DNA of 64,000 bases. Source: an uncultured Ignavibacterium sp. Lineage in GTDB: Bacteria > Bacteroidota > Ignavibacteria > Ignavibacteriales > Ignavibacteriaceae. The notes beneath the pieces were generated by a model that saw only the letters and a program-made list of their open reading frames with translations, did not search any database and was not told where the DNA came from. How positions within the stretch are numbered: position 1 is the stretch's first letter; every line of letters begins with the position of its first letter. Both the position numbers and the translations under genes were made by a program. Shown here in pieces: positions 39,329 to 48,548 of the stretch. The stretch is from positions 14,174-78,173 of the forward strand of contig CALHAB010000040.1 in assembly GCA_937934185.1 (NCBI GenBank), given 5' to 3'.

Positions 39329-40756
39329 ATGTATAATAACATTCAGGAATTTTATAATACACTTCCGCTTGTGATTGTAGCAGCTGGAATTCTCATTTCA
39401 ACTGTAATTGAAATGTATTCAAACAAAAGCGAAAATTTTCTAAGCTGGTTTTCAATAATTGTTTTTCTTGCCTCTGGATTTTATTCTTTATTTACACTTG
39501 ATGCCCGCTCGATCGTATTACAAAATATGCTCGCAACAGGCGGCTATGTTAATATTTTCCATTTCATTTTTACTTTCAGTGCTGCAATAGTTTGTTTCCT
39601 TTCCATTGACTATCTGAAAAAATATGATGCATATTTTGGCGAGTACTACATTCTTATGCAGACTTCAGTCCTTGGTATGATGATGATGGCTGGTGCAAAA
39701 GATTTATTTATGATCTTTCTCGGTCTGGAAGTTATGTCTGTCTCGTTTTATGTTCTTGCAGGGATAAACAGAAAAAGGTTAACAGCTACAGAATCAGCAC
39801 TCAAATATTTTCTTCTTGGAGCATTTGCTACTGGCTTTATCGTTTACGGAATTGCTTTGATATACGGTACAGCACAAAGCACATCATTTGAAACTATCAC
39901 TGCAAAATTCTCCGAACTTTCCGGAAATCTTCTATTCCTGACAGGAGTTTTATTATTCTTAATCGGTTTTTCATTTAAGATTGCAGCGTTTCCATTTCAT
40001 ATGTGGGTGCCGGATGTTTATCAAGGTGCGCCATCAACTGTTGCAGGTCTGTTTTCTACTGCCGGAAAAGCAGCAGCATTCAGTGCCATAATTGTATCTT
40101 TATTCGTGCTGTTTACATCTGGAGCTATGAGAATCATTACTCCTTATCTTTCTGTTATATCTGTTCTTTCGATGTTCTTCGGAAGTATAGTTGCAATAGC
40201 GCAAACTAATATCAAGAGAATGCTTGCTTATTCATCAATTTCTCATGCAGGATATTTAATTATTGGTTTAGCTGCCTCAAATACTGAAGGCATTGCAGGA
40301 ATTATTTTTTATCTGGCTGCTTATTCATTTATGAATCTCGGAGCATTTGGAATAGTCAGCATAATTGAAGGTAAAGAAGAAACTAATCTTGAATTAAATT
40401 CTTATCGTGGTTTAGGCACGCGGCAACCATTGCTTGCTGCTTTACTTTCGTTATTTATGTTTTCACTTGCAGGAATTCCACCATTCGCTGGTTTCTTCGG
40501 AAAGTACTACATCTTTATTGCTGCTATCGAAGCAAAATTAACATGGTTGGCAATTCTTGGAGTTCTGTCTAGTGTTATTAGTGTTTACTTTTATCTGCGT
40601 TTAGTTGTGCTGATGTATTTCTACGATTCATCTGAACAAATTGAAATTGAGAAAAGCAATTCAGGACTTCTTGCAGTATTTATTTCTGCAATATTAGTAG
40701 TATTGCTCGGAATATTACCTGGTTCACTTCTGAATCTGATAATTTCTTACCTATAA
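39329..40756 (+). CDS. nuoN: NADH-quinone oxidoreductase subunit N
   Basis: ESALKYFLLG, FKIAAFPFHMWVPDVYQGAP and SLAGIPPFAGFFGK motifs. Confidence 0.97.
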   Translation: MYNNIQEFYNTLPLVIVAAGILISTVIEMYSNKSENFLSWFSIIVFLASGFYSLFTLDARSIVLQNMLATGGYVNIFHFIFTFSAAIVCFLSIDYLKKYDAYFGEYYILMQTSVLGMMMMAGAKDLFMIFLGLEVMSVSFYVLAGINRKRLTATESALKYFLLGAFATGFIVYGIALIYGTAQSTSFETITAKFSELSGNLLFLTGVLLFLIGFSFKIAAFPFHMWVPDVYQGAPSTVAGLFSTAGKAAAFSAIIVSLFVLFTSGAMRIITPYLSVISVLSMFFGSIVAIAQTNIKRMLAYSSISHAGYLIIGLAASNTEGIAGIIFYLAAYSFMNLGAFGIVSIIEGKEETNLELNSYRGLGTRQPLLAALLSLFMFSLAGIPPFAGFFGKYYIFIAAIEAKLTWLAILGVLSSVISVYFYLRLVVLMYFYDSSEQIEIEKSNSGLLAVFISAILVVLLGILPGSLLNLIISYL

Positions 40757-40808
40757 AAGTTGTGAGAGATTTCATAACTTTGAGCAACAAAATTTCCCTG
40801 TAGAAATT

Positions 40809-42365
40809 ATGATTCCATTATATTCAAATTCACAAATTCGTGCTCTTGATTCGTTTGCAATCAATCAATTGCAAACGCCCGGAATTGTATTAATGGAAAA
40901 TGCTTCAATCGGAATTTCACAAACAATATTATCAAAATATTCTCATATAAAATCCGTTGGGATTATCTGCGGTAAAGGTAATAATGGCGGTGATGGATTT
41001 GCTGTTGGAAGGCATTTATCAAATTATGGATTGAATGTAAAAGTTATCTATCTCGGTGATCCTCAATCAATGAGTGATGATTGCAGAACAAATTTTGAAA
41101 TATGCTTAAATCTATCTCAACAAAGAAATAATCTTGAACTAATTCAGTTTTCCGGAATAAAACAACTCAGAGAACTAAGAAACTCAGATTTAATAATTGA
41201 TGCAATTCTCGGCAGCGGCTTTTCAGGTCCATTAAAAGAACCCATTTCGCTGATCTTAACTGAATTAAATAAACTAAAAGTAATTAAAGTTGCTATTGAT
41301 GTCCCAACAGGATTAAATGCAGATACAGGTTATGCTGACATCATATTCAAAGCTGACTTAACAATTACTCTTGGTGAGTTTAAGAAAGGATTATTTGTTG
41401 GTAAAGGTTACGAAAATTGTGGTGAAATAGTTTTATGTGAAATTGGTGTTGGTAGGGATTATTTTGAGAATGAATCGACCAATACTTTTTTATTTGAACC
41501 TGAAGATGCTTTTCAATATCTGCCAAAGAGAGGAAAAAGAATTAATAAATATTCTGCCGGCAAAGTATTAACAATCGCAGGATCATTCCAGTATCCTGGT
41601 GCTGCAGTGTTGACCGCAGGTTCATCATTATATTCCGGATCTGGTGCATCTATTTTAACAGTACCTCAGACAGTTAAAAAATTTGTTCACAAAAAGATTA
41701 CGGAACTGGTTGTTCAATCTTTTGGAAATGAAGAAAGTAAATTTCTAACACCGGAAGATTATCAATCACTGCAATCGAAAATTAAGTGGGCAGATGTTGT
41801 TGCTCTCGGTCCAGGCATAGGAAGAACCGATGAAACAGTAGAGTTTGTTCACAAATTTATTAAGAAGCACGAATACAAGGTTGCAGTTATAGACGCAGAT
41901 GCATTGTTTGCATTAAAAGATTTTCTTGCAGATGCTGACCTGAGAAAATGTATTCTTACTCCACATCTCGGAGAGTTCTCTGCTTTGATTAACATCCCCG
42001 CTTCTGAAATTGAGAAAAATATTTTTGAAACAGGGATTGAGTTTGTAAAAAAATATAAAACAACCTTAGTATTAAAAGGAGCTCCGACGATTACATTTAC
42101 AAAAGAAGGTGATATAATTATAAATTCATCCGGTAATAATGGACTTGCAAAATTTGGTAGTGGTGATGTATTAACGGGAATGATTGCCGGTTTTTATTCG
42201 CAAACAAAAAATTTAACCGAATCTGCTTTACTATCTGTTTACTTACACGGATTATCAGCGGATCTTTTGCTTCAAAGAAAAACAGAATTTGGAATAATGG
42301 CTTCAGATTTAATGAAAAATATTCCATCAACTATAAATTTCATCAAGAGGTCGTTTGAAAAATAA
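40809..42365 (+). CDS. nnr: Bifunctional NAD(P)H-hydrate epimerase/dehydratase
   Basis: LMENA, GKGNNGGDG and DVPTG (YjeF_N); GPGIG, DADAL, LTPHLGE and GSGDVLTG (dehydratase). Confidence 0.95.
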   Translation: MIPLYSNSQIRALDSFAINQLQTPGIVLMENASIGISQTILSKYSHIKSVGIICGKGNNGGDGFAVGRHLSNYGLNVKVIYLGDPQSMSDDCRTNFEICLNLSQQRNNLELIQFSGIKQLRELRNSDLIIDAILGSGFSGPLKEPISLILTELNKLKVIKVAIDVPTGLNADTGYADIIFKADLTITLGEFKKGLFVGKGYENCGEIVLCEIGVGRDYFENESTNTFLFEPEDAFQYLPKRGKRINKYSAGKVLTIAGSFQYPGAAVLTAGSSLYSGSGASILTVPQTVKKFVHKKITELVVQSFGNEESKFLTPEDYQSLQSKIKWADVVALGPGIGRTDETVEFVHKFIKKHEYKVAVIDADALFALKDFLADADLRKCILTPHLGEFSALINIPASEIEKNIFETGIEFVKKYKTTLVLKGAPTITFTKEGDIIINSSGNNGLAKFGSGDVLTGMIAGFYSQTKNLTESALLSVYLHGLSADLLLQRKTEFGIMASDLMKNIPSTINFIKRSFEK

Positions 42366-42762
42366 TTCCAGAGTTTTTGTGTTTATTTATTTGCCATTGA
42401 TTATTCATTGGGTAACAATTTTTATTTTAACAAGTTTACCTTCTGAAAAACTGCCATCGGTCGAAATAAGTGATAAGTTTAATCATTTCCTTGCTTTTTT
42501 TGTATTAGCTTTTTTTCTGAATCTTACACTAAAGTATCAGACAAAATATCCATCGTTTAAGAAAAATGTTTTGTTAATCACAATAATTGTAGCCGCTGTG
42601 TATGGTTTACTCGATGAACTTCATCAACTTCTTGTGCCGGGCAGAAGTGCTGAGGTTTTAGATTGGATTGCGGATTTTGCCGGTGCATTAACAGGCAGTC
42701 TTCTTGCTGAATTTGTTTACAAAAGATTTAATTTAGCCCTGAATAATTTTTTAAGAGTTTAG
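42355..42762 (+). CDS. VanZ family membrane protein
   Basis: DKFNHF and DELHQLLVPGRS---DWIAD motifs. Confidence 0.9.
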   Translation: MKNNSRVFVFIYLPLIIHWVTIFILTSLPSEKLPSVEISDKFNHFLAFFVLAFFLNLTLKYQTKYPSFKKNVLLITIIVAAVYGLLDELHQLLVPGRSAEVLDWIADFAGALTGSLLAEFVYKRFNLALNNFLRV

Positions 42763-42808
42763 CTGGAACTTTTTACAAAATTTTCTGTAAAAATACCTGA
42801 AAAGTTAT

Positions 42809-42839
42809 TTGACAATACCTTAATCAATAATTAAGTTAG
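42809..42839 (+). promoter_or_regulatory. Putative promoter of tonB
   Basis: TTGACA-17-TAAGTTAG, followed by a GAGGAG SD. Confidence 0.55.
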
Positions 42840-42872
42840 TAACCAAAATTTACGATTTGAGGAGAAAACCTA

Positions 42873-43532
42873 ATGCCACTAAGACGAACAAAAAAAGCTG
42901 ATCTGATGGCTAAATACCGAAGAGTATTTGAGATCAGTCTAATTGCCTCATTAGTCATTATGATTGTGGCTTTCAAATTCTTTCCTGATTTTGGAGGGAA
43001 TGAAGTAAAAATTGAAGGACCACAAGAACTTTTTACTGTTGAAGATATTCAACAGACAAAGCAGGAGAACAGACCTCCTCCACCACCAAAACCTCCGATT
43101 CCAATTGAGGCACCATCTGATGAGGTGCTTGAAGATATTGAAATTGGTGAAACTGAAATTGATATCAGTGCTAACATAGAAGCACCACCGCCTCCTCCAA
43201 AAGAGGACAAAAAAATTGTTGAAGAAGAACCTCAGTACTTCGTTGCAGTAGAAGAGATGCCCGAACCGATTGGTGGTATTCAGGCAATACAAAGTAAAAT
43301 TGTTTACCCTGAAATTGCCAAAAGAGCCGGAGTTGAAGGAAAAGTTTATGTACTCGCATTTGTTGATGAAAATGGCGATGTAAGAGATGCAAAAATTATT
43401 AAAGGAATTGGTGCCGGATGCGATGAGGCAGCACTTGAAGCGGTAAAGAAAACTAAATTCAAACCAGGTAAACAAAGAGGTAAGCCCGTCAGAGTTCAGG
43501 TATCAATACCCGTTGTGTTTAAACTTCAGTAA
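42873..43532 (+). CDS. tonB: Energy transducer TonB
   Basis: N-terminal TM, Pro-rich linker and TonB_C (YPEIAKRAGVEGKV...FKPGKQRGKPV). Confidence 0.93.
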   Translation: MPLRRTKKADLMAKYRRVFEISLIASLVIMIVAFKFFPDFGGNEVKIEGPQELFTVEDIQQTKQENRPPPPPKPPIPIEAPSDEVLEDIEIGETEIDISANIEAPPPPPKEDKKIVEEEPQYFVAVEEMPEPIGGIQAIQSKIVYPEIAKRAGVEGKVYVLAFVDENGDVRDAKIIKGIGAGCDEAALEAVKKTKFKPGKQRGKPVRVQVSIPVVFKLQ

Positions 43533-43537
43533 ACTTT

Positions 43538-43562
43538 AAGGCACCTGCGAGGTGCCTTTTTT
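43538..43562 (+). terminator. Intrinsic terminator after tonB
   Basis: AAGGCACCT-GCG-AGGTGCCTT followed by a T-run. Confidence 0.9.
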
Positions 43563-43654
43563 ATTCTCCTATAATTGATTTGTCACACATTTCTGTGTTC
43601 GAAAAATCGCCTCTGTATACTTAACTTTGTGTAGAAATTTTTAATTATAATTTG

Positions 43655-44677
43655 ATGAAATCTTCCACAAAAGAAAACAAAGGTGTTCTGTATTTACTTA
43701 TAATTGCTGTTTTTCTGCAACTATTAATACTTTACTTCTTTAAGTATCAGAATCAAAATCTTTCTGTTCTGAATCTCAATCTTAAGGTTACCGGAAATCT
43801 TTTTAATCTGATTATTTACCTTCTGGCGGAAATATTATTAATCTTTGCATTATTTAATTACAAAGTTAAGCTCCAACTTAAATTACTGTCTATTCTTATT
43901 GTCCTGTCATATTTCTTTCTGCTGTTTGGTTACATATCAACGAAAATAATTTTACCTTTTAATTCAATTTATATTTTGGGTCAGTTTGGAAATAAGCTAT
44001 TCACGGGGTTGTGTTATACTATTTATCAATTACTATTCTTCACATTTGTTATAGTTCTTGTCTTAAACCTGAGAAAAAATCAGAATAAGATTTTTATAAA
44101 ATCAAGTTTATTTTCAATAATTGTAATGCTGGCGTTTCTAACTTATTCTTTTTTATTTATTGTCTCTCACGAGGAAAAAGTAAAATTGCAGCCACTTGAC
44201 AAAAAAAATTTTTATAATATAGTTGTATTAGGTGCGGCTGTTTGGTCAGATAACAAGCCAAGTCCGATTCTGGCTGCAAGAGTTGACAAGGCGATTGATC
44301 TTATTAAAAATTTTAATGTTGAAAAAGTCTATTTTACAGGCAGTAATGCTCCCGGTGAATTGAGTGAAGCTGAAGTTGCATTAAATTATCTGAAGTCAAA
44401 AAATGTTTCAGCAGATAATGTAATTACCGAAACAAATACAACCTCAACAACTGAGCAAATTCAGTTTATAAAAAACAAGATTGGATATGAACCAAAGAAA
44501 AAAATAATTATAATTTCAGATTCATTTCATCTTGTCAGGATTAAAGAAATCAGTAAATTTCATCATCTTAATATTATAACAATTGCATCGGAGCTTGAAT
44601 TAAATTTTTTTTCAGAGCTATATAATAAATTAAGAGAATCATTAGCATTAACCGTGTTTTGGTTCTTTGCTATATAA
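43655..44677 (+). CDS. YdcF/DUF218 (SanA/ElyC-like) protein with a multi-TM N-terminus
   Basis: IVVLGA, PSPILAARVD, SEAEV, STTEQ and SDSFHLVR motifs. Confidence 0.85.
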   Translation: MKSSTKENKGVLYLLIIAVFLQLLILYFFKYQNQNLSVLNLNLKVTGNLFNLIIYLLAEILLIFALFNYKVKLQLKLLSILIVLSYFFLLFGYISTKIILPFNSIYILGQFGNKLFTGLCYTIYQLLFFTFVIVLVLNLRKNQNKIFIKSSLFSIIVMLAFLTYSFLFIVSHEEKVKLQPLDKKNFYNIVVLGAAVWSDNKPSPILAARVDKAIDLIKNFNVEKVYFTGSNAPGELSEAEVALNYLKSKNVSADNVITETNTTSTTEQIQFIKNKIGYEPKKKIIIISDSFHLVRIKEISKFHHLNIITIASELELNFFSELYNKLRESLALTVFWFFAI

Positions 44678-44695
44678 AATTGGAGAATAGAAATA

Positions 44696-45184
44696 ATGAC
44701 AAAAGTATTTAAGAGAAGAATTATCAGAGAAAAAGTTTTGCAGGTTCTTTACGCATATGAAATGAATAATGACAATTTACAATCACAGATAGATGAAGTT
44801 TTTGCAGATACAGAAGATGATAATGATAAAAAATTTGGTCTGTCTCTGATATATAAAGTTATTCCCAACCGAGATAAATTTGATGAAATGATAAAAGACA
44901 AAGTAAGCAATTGGGAAATGGACAGAATTGCTTTGATAGATAAAATTCTGATAAGAATGGGTATTTGCGAACTTCTTTTTTTCGAAGACATTCCTCCCAA
45001 AGTATCCATTAATGAAGTAATTGAGATATCTAAAAAATTCAGTACTGCAGGAAGTGCAAAATTTATAAACGGAGTACTTGATGCAATTCTGGGTGATTTG
45101 AAGAAATCGGGCGAACTTAAAAAAGCAGGCAGAGGTCTTGTTGATGAAACCATTTCTAAAAAACCTCCCAGAAAAAGTGAATGA
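44696..45184 (+). CDS. nusB: Transcription antitermination factor NusB
   Basis: REKVLQVLY, NWEMDRIALID, PPKVSINE and FINGVLD motifs. Confidence 0.96.
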   Translation: MTKVFKRRIIREKVLQVLYAYEMNNDNLQSQIDEVFADTEDDNDKKFGLSLIYKVIPNRDKFDEMIKDKVSNWEMDRIALIDKILIRMGICELLFFEDIPPKVSINEVIEISKKFSTAGSAKFINGVLDAILGDLKKSGELKKAGRGLVDETISKKPPRKSE

Positions 45185-46416
45185 GTAAAAAAGGCAAAAT
45201 ATTTGTCTGGACACTTTTTGATTTTGCCAACACTTCCTTTTCAATCATTGTTGTAACATTTCTCTATGCAGTTTATTTCAAAAAAATTGTTGCATCAGGC
45301 GAACCAATTGGCGATTTATACTGGTCATTTGCAACAAGTATTGCAATGATTGTAACTGCTATAATTTCTCCAATACTTGGTGCAATTGCAGATTATTCTG
45401 CCGGAAAGAAAAGATTTTTATTGTTCTTTACTGCTTTGTGTATAACTGCTACTTCATCTCTATATTTTGTAGGTGAAGGAACAATATTCTGGGGTATATT
45501 TCTTTTTGTAATTGCAAACATCGGCTTTGAAGCCGGTCTCGTTTTCTATGATGCATTTCTTCCTGAGATTACTGAACCAAAAAACTATGGAAGAGTGAGC
45601 GGATATGGATTTGCTATGGGATATTTGGGTTCACTTGCAACTCTTGCAATTGTTTATCCTTTTATTACTGCAGATAAAATCAGAGAAACATTTATTGTCT
45701 CAGCAATTTTCTTTCTCGTCTTTTCAATTCCTTTGTTTTTATTTTTAAGAGATAACAGAAAAGATATACAACGAACCGAGTCATATTTCAAAATTGGTGT
45801 CGGACGAGTTCTTGATACAGTTAAAAATCTTAGACATTATAAAAATCTTGCAACTTTTCTTTTAGCATTTTTCTTTTATATCGAAGGTGTTAACACAGTA
45901 ATTTATTTTTCCGGTAATTATGCAAGTACTACTCTCGGCTTTACTGAAACAGAGTTACTGATTTTTTTTATTACTGTTCAAACAACTGCTATTCTTGGTT
46001 CAGCTGTTCTTGGAATTGTTGCAGATTCAATTGGGCAGAAAAAAACAATAATTATAACATTACTTTTGTGGTTAGTAACAATTTTTTTAGCTATTGTTAT
46101 TCGCGATAAAACCGGATTCTATGTAGTTGGTTTACTTGCTGGTTCTGCAATGGGTTCAAGCCAATCGACAAGCAGAAGTCTTATGTCTAAGCTTACACCG
46201 CCTGAGAAAAAAACAGAGTTCTTTGGTTTTTATTCATTCTTTGGGAAAAGTTCGGCAGTGCTTGGTCCGCTTGTATTCGGAATTGTAAGTTATATAACTG
46301 AAAGTCAGAGACTTGCAATTTTTTCAGTTGGATTTTTCTTTCTGATTGGTTTATTGATTCTTACAAAGGTTAAAGAACCTCTTCCAGCAGAAAACACTAC
46401 TCTTTCTTCGGAATAA
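45181..46416 (+). CDS. MFS transporter, UMF1/Atg22-like
   Basis: WTLFDFANT, VFYDAFLP, GRVSGYGFAMGY and EFFGFY motifs; 12-TM pattern. Confidence 0.88.
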   Translation: MSKKGKIFVWTLFDFANTSFSIIVVTFLYAVYFKKIVASGEPIGDLYWSFATSIAMIVTAIISPILGAIADYSAGKKRFLLFFTALCITATSSLYFVGEGTIFWGIFLFVIANIGFEAGLVFYDAFLPEITEPKNYGRVSGYGFAMGYLGSLATLAIVYPFITADKIRETFIVSAIFFLVFSIPLFLFLRDNRKDIQRTESYFKIGVGRVLDTVKNLRHYKNLATFLLAFFFYIEGVNTVIYFSGNYASTTLGFTETELLIFFITVQTTAILGSAVLGIVADSIGQKKTIIITLLLWLVTIFLAIVIRDKTGFYVVGLLAGSAMGSSQSTSRSLMSKLTPPEKKTEFFGFYSFFGKSSAVLGPLVFGIVSYITESQRLAIFSVGFFFLIGLLILTKVKEPLPAENTTLSSE

Positions 46417-47395
46417 TCGTTGCGCCGATAAGCTTCTCTTTATTCCATTTTATTTTTTCTGAAAATTTTTCTTTTCTTTCATTACATCCATCGTACTCAC
46501 AAAGTTTGCATAAATCATCCCAGCAGTAATCAAAATGGATTTTTAGGTCGATGTTATTAAATAGTTTCTGAAGTTCAGATTTGATGTAATCTTCCTCATC
46601 GTGGGATTGTTTGACTGAAAAATAAAAAGGAACAATTAAATGAAAATCAATGAATACTCTTTCGCCTGAGGTCCAGAATCTTAACCGATGTAAATCTATC
46701 CAATATTCTTTTCTAATAGAAAGCAGTGAGTCTGAAATCTTTTTAAGTAATTCTTCGTCAGTTTCATTCATCAATCCACCGATTGATTGGCGGATTAGTT
46801 TATATCCTGTGAAAAGTATATTCAAAGCAACAAATATTGCAAATATCGGATCAATCTCTTTTATTCCTGTTAGTATCACTAAACTAATTCCAATCATTAC
46901 CCCAATGCTTGTGTAGGAATCTGTTAGAACATGTTTGCCGTCTGCAACCAAAGTAAGTGAGCCGGTTTTTTTACCAGTACGAATTAAAAACAATCCAAGT
47001 AACAGATTTATTATTCCTGCGGCTGTAATAACATAAAGTCCGATGTCCATTTTCTGAAGTTCAACACCGAGAATCAGATCCTTTGCACTTTCATAAATAA
47101 TGACTACCGCTGCAACAATTATTAAAAATCCTTCAATACCGGCAGAAAAATATTCAACATTTCCGTGTCCATAAAAATGAGATTGGTCAGCAGGTTTATT
47201 GCTGTAGATTATACTGAATAACGCCATGCCTGTTGCGAAGATGTGAACAACGGATTCGGCTGCGTCAGAGAAAATTGCAGATGAACCTGTAATTAAGTAA
47301 GCGGAAATTTTCGCAGCAAACATTAAAAGGCCAACTGCCATCGAGATGATAGCAGCTCTTTTGTTTAAACTGAAATTATTTTCTTTTTGACTCAT
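46397..47395 (-). CDS. Cation diffusion facilitator (FieF-like)
   Basis: SDAAES, KPADQSHFYGHG and ADGKHVLTD motifs; Cys-rich tail. Confidence 0.92.
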   Translation of the reverse strand: MSQKENNFSLNKRAAIISMAVGLLMFAAKISAYLITGSSAIFSDAAESVVHIFATGMALFSIIYSNKPADQSHFYGHGNVEYFSAGIEGFLIIVAAVVIIYESAKDLILGVELQKMDIGLYVITAAGIINLLLGLFLIRTGKKTGSLTLVADGKHVLTDSYTSIGVMIGISLVILTGIKEIDPIFAIFVALNILFTGYKLIRQSIGGLMNETDEELLKKISDSLLSIRKEYWIDLHRLRFWTSGERVFIDFHLIVPFYFSVKQSHDEEDYIKSELQKLFNNIDLKIHFDYCWDDLCKLCEYDGCNERKEKFSEKIKWNKEKLIGATIIPKKE

Positions 47396-48534
47396 AACTT
47401 TTTTATTCTTTGAGATGCTTCATAAAGCACCTCATCTTTCTTGGCAAAACAAACCCTGATTAATTTGTTATTATTTGGCTGACTGTAAAAAGGCGAAAGT
47501 GGAATAACAGCAACACCAATTTTATCAAGCAATTCAATAGAAAAATTAAAATCATCTTTATCTGAAATTTCAGAATAATCCAGCAACTGAAAGTAAGTAC
47601 CTTTTGAATGAAGAGGTTTGAATTTTGAATCCTGAATCAAATCCAAAAAGTAATCTCTTTTCTTCTGATAAAATGAGCTTACATCCAGATAATTTTTTTC
47701 ATCTTTCAGATATTCAGCATAAGCATACTGGACTGGAGTATTTACAGCAAACACAGTAAACTGATGAAGTTTTCTGAATTCATCAGTTAAAAATTTTGGT
47801 GCAGCACAATATCCCACTTTCCATCCTGTTGTGTGAAAGGTTTTTCCGAATGAAGAAATGACAAAACTTTTTTCTATGAGTATTTCTGATTCGCAAATTG
47901 AGATATGATTTTCTCCATCGAATACAATGTGTTCATAAACTTCATCACTGATTATGAATATTTTTTTATCACCACCAATAATTTTTTCCAATTCCTTTAT
48001 ATCACTTTGACTTATTATTGAACCAGTGGGATTATGCGGAGAATTTATGATAATTATTTTAGTCTTTTCTGTAACTGCGGAATGAACTTTATCCCATGGA
48101 ATGGAAAAATCAGGCGGCTGAAGTGAAATAAAAACAGGTTTACCTCCGTTGGAAATTACAGCAGGTGCATAGCTGTCATAAGCCGGTTCAAAAATAATTG
48201 CTTCATCGCCTTGATTTATCAGAACTGATATTGCTGTGTAAAGAGCTTGTGTTGCACCTGAAGTAATTGTTATTTCGCTTTCATAATCATATTGGCTATT
48301 GTAAAGTTTTTTAATTTTATCAGAAATCATTCTACGAAGTTCAGGAACTCCCGCCATTGGAGCATACTGATTTTTTCCGGCTTTCATAAAATGATTTACA
48401 AGTTCAATCAGCTCTGGTGAAATGTCAAAATCAGGAAAACCCTGAGAAAGGTTTAAAGCATTTTTCTCATTTGCGAGTTTGGTCATTACAGCAAAAATGC
48501 TGGTGCCAATATTTTTTAATTTCGATTCGATCAA
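47392..48534 (-). CDS. PLP-dependent class I aminotransferase (YbdL/methionine aminotransferase-like)
   Basis: NLSQGFPDF, NSPHNPTG, SDEVYEH and SSFGKTFHTTGWKVG motifs. Confidence 0.92.
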   Translation of the reverse strand: MIESKLKNIGTSIFAVMTKLANEKNALNLSQGFPDFDISPELIELVNHFMKAGKNQYAPMAGVPELRRMISDKIKKLYNSQYDYESEITITSGATQALYTAISVLINQGDEAIIFEPAYDSYAPAVISNGGKPVFISLQPPDFSIPWDKVHSAVTEKTKIIIINSPHNPTGSIISQSDIKELEKIIGGDKKIFIISDEVYEHIVFDGENHISICESEILIEKSFVISSFGKTFHTTGWKVGYCAAPKFLTDEFRKLHQFTVFAVNTPVQYAYAEYLKDEKNYLDVSSFYQKKRDYFLDLIQDSKFKPLHSKGTYFQLLDYSEISDKDDFNFSIELLDKIGVAVIPLSPFYSQPNNNKLIRVCFAKKDEVLYEASQRIKKL

Positions 48535-48548
48535 TTCCGATAAAAAAA

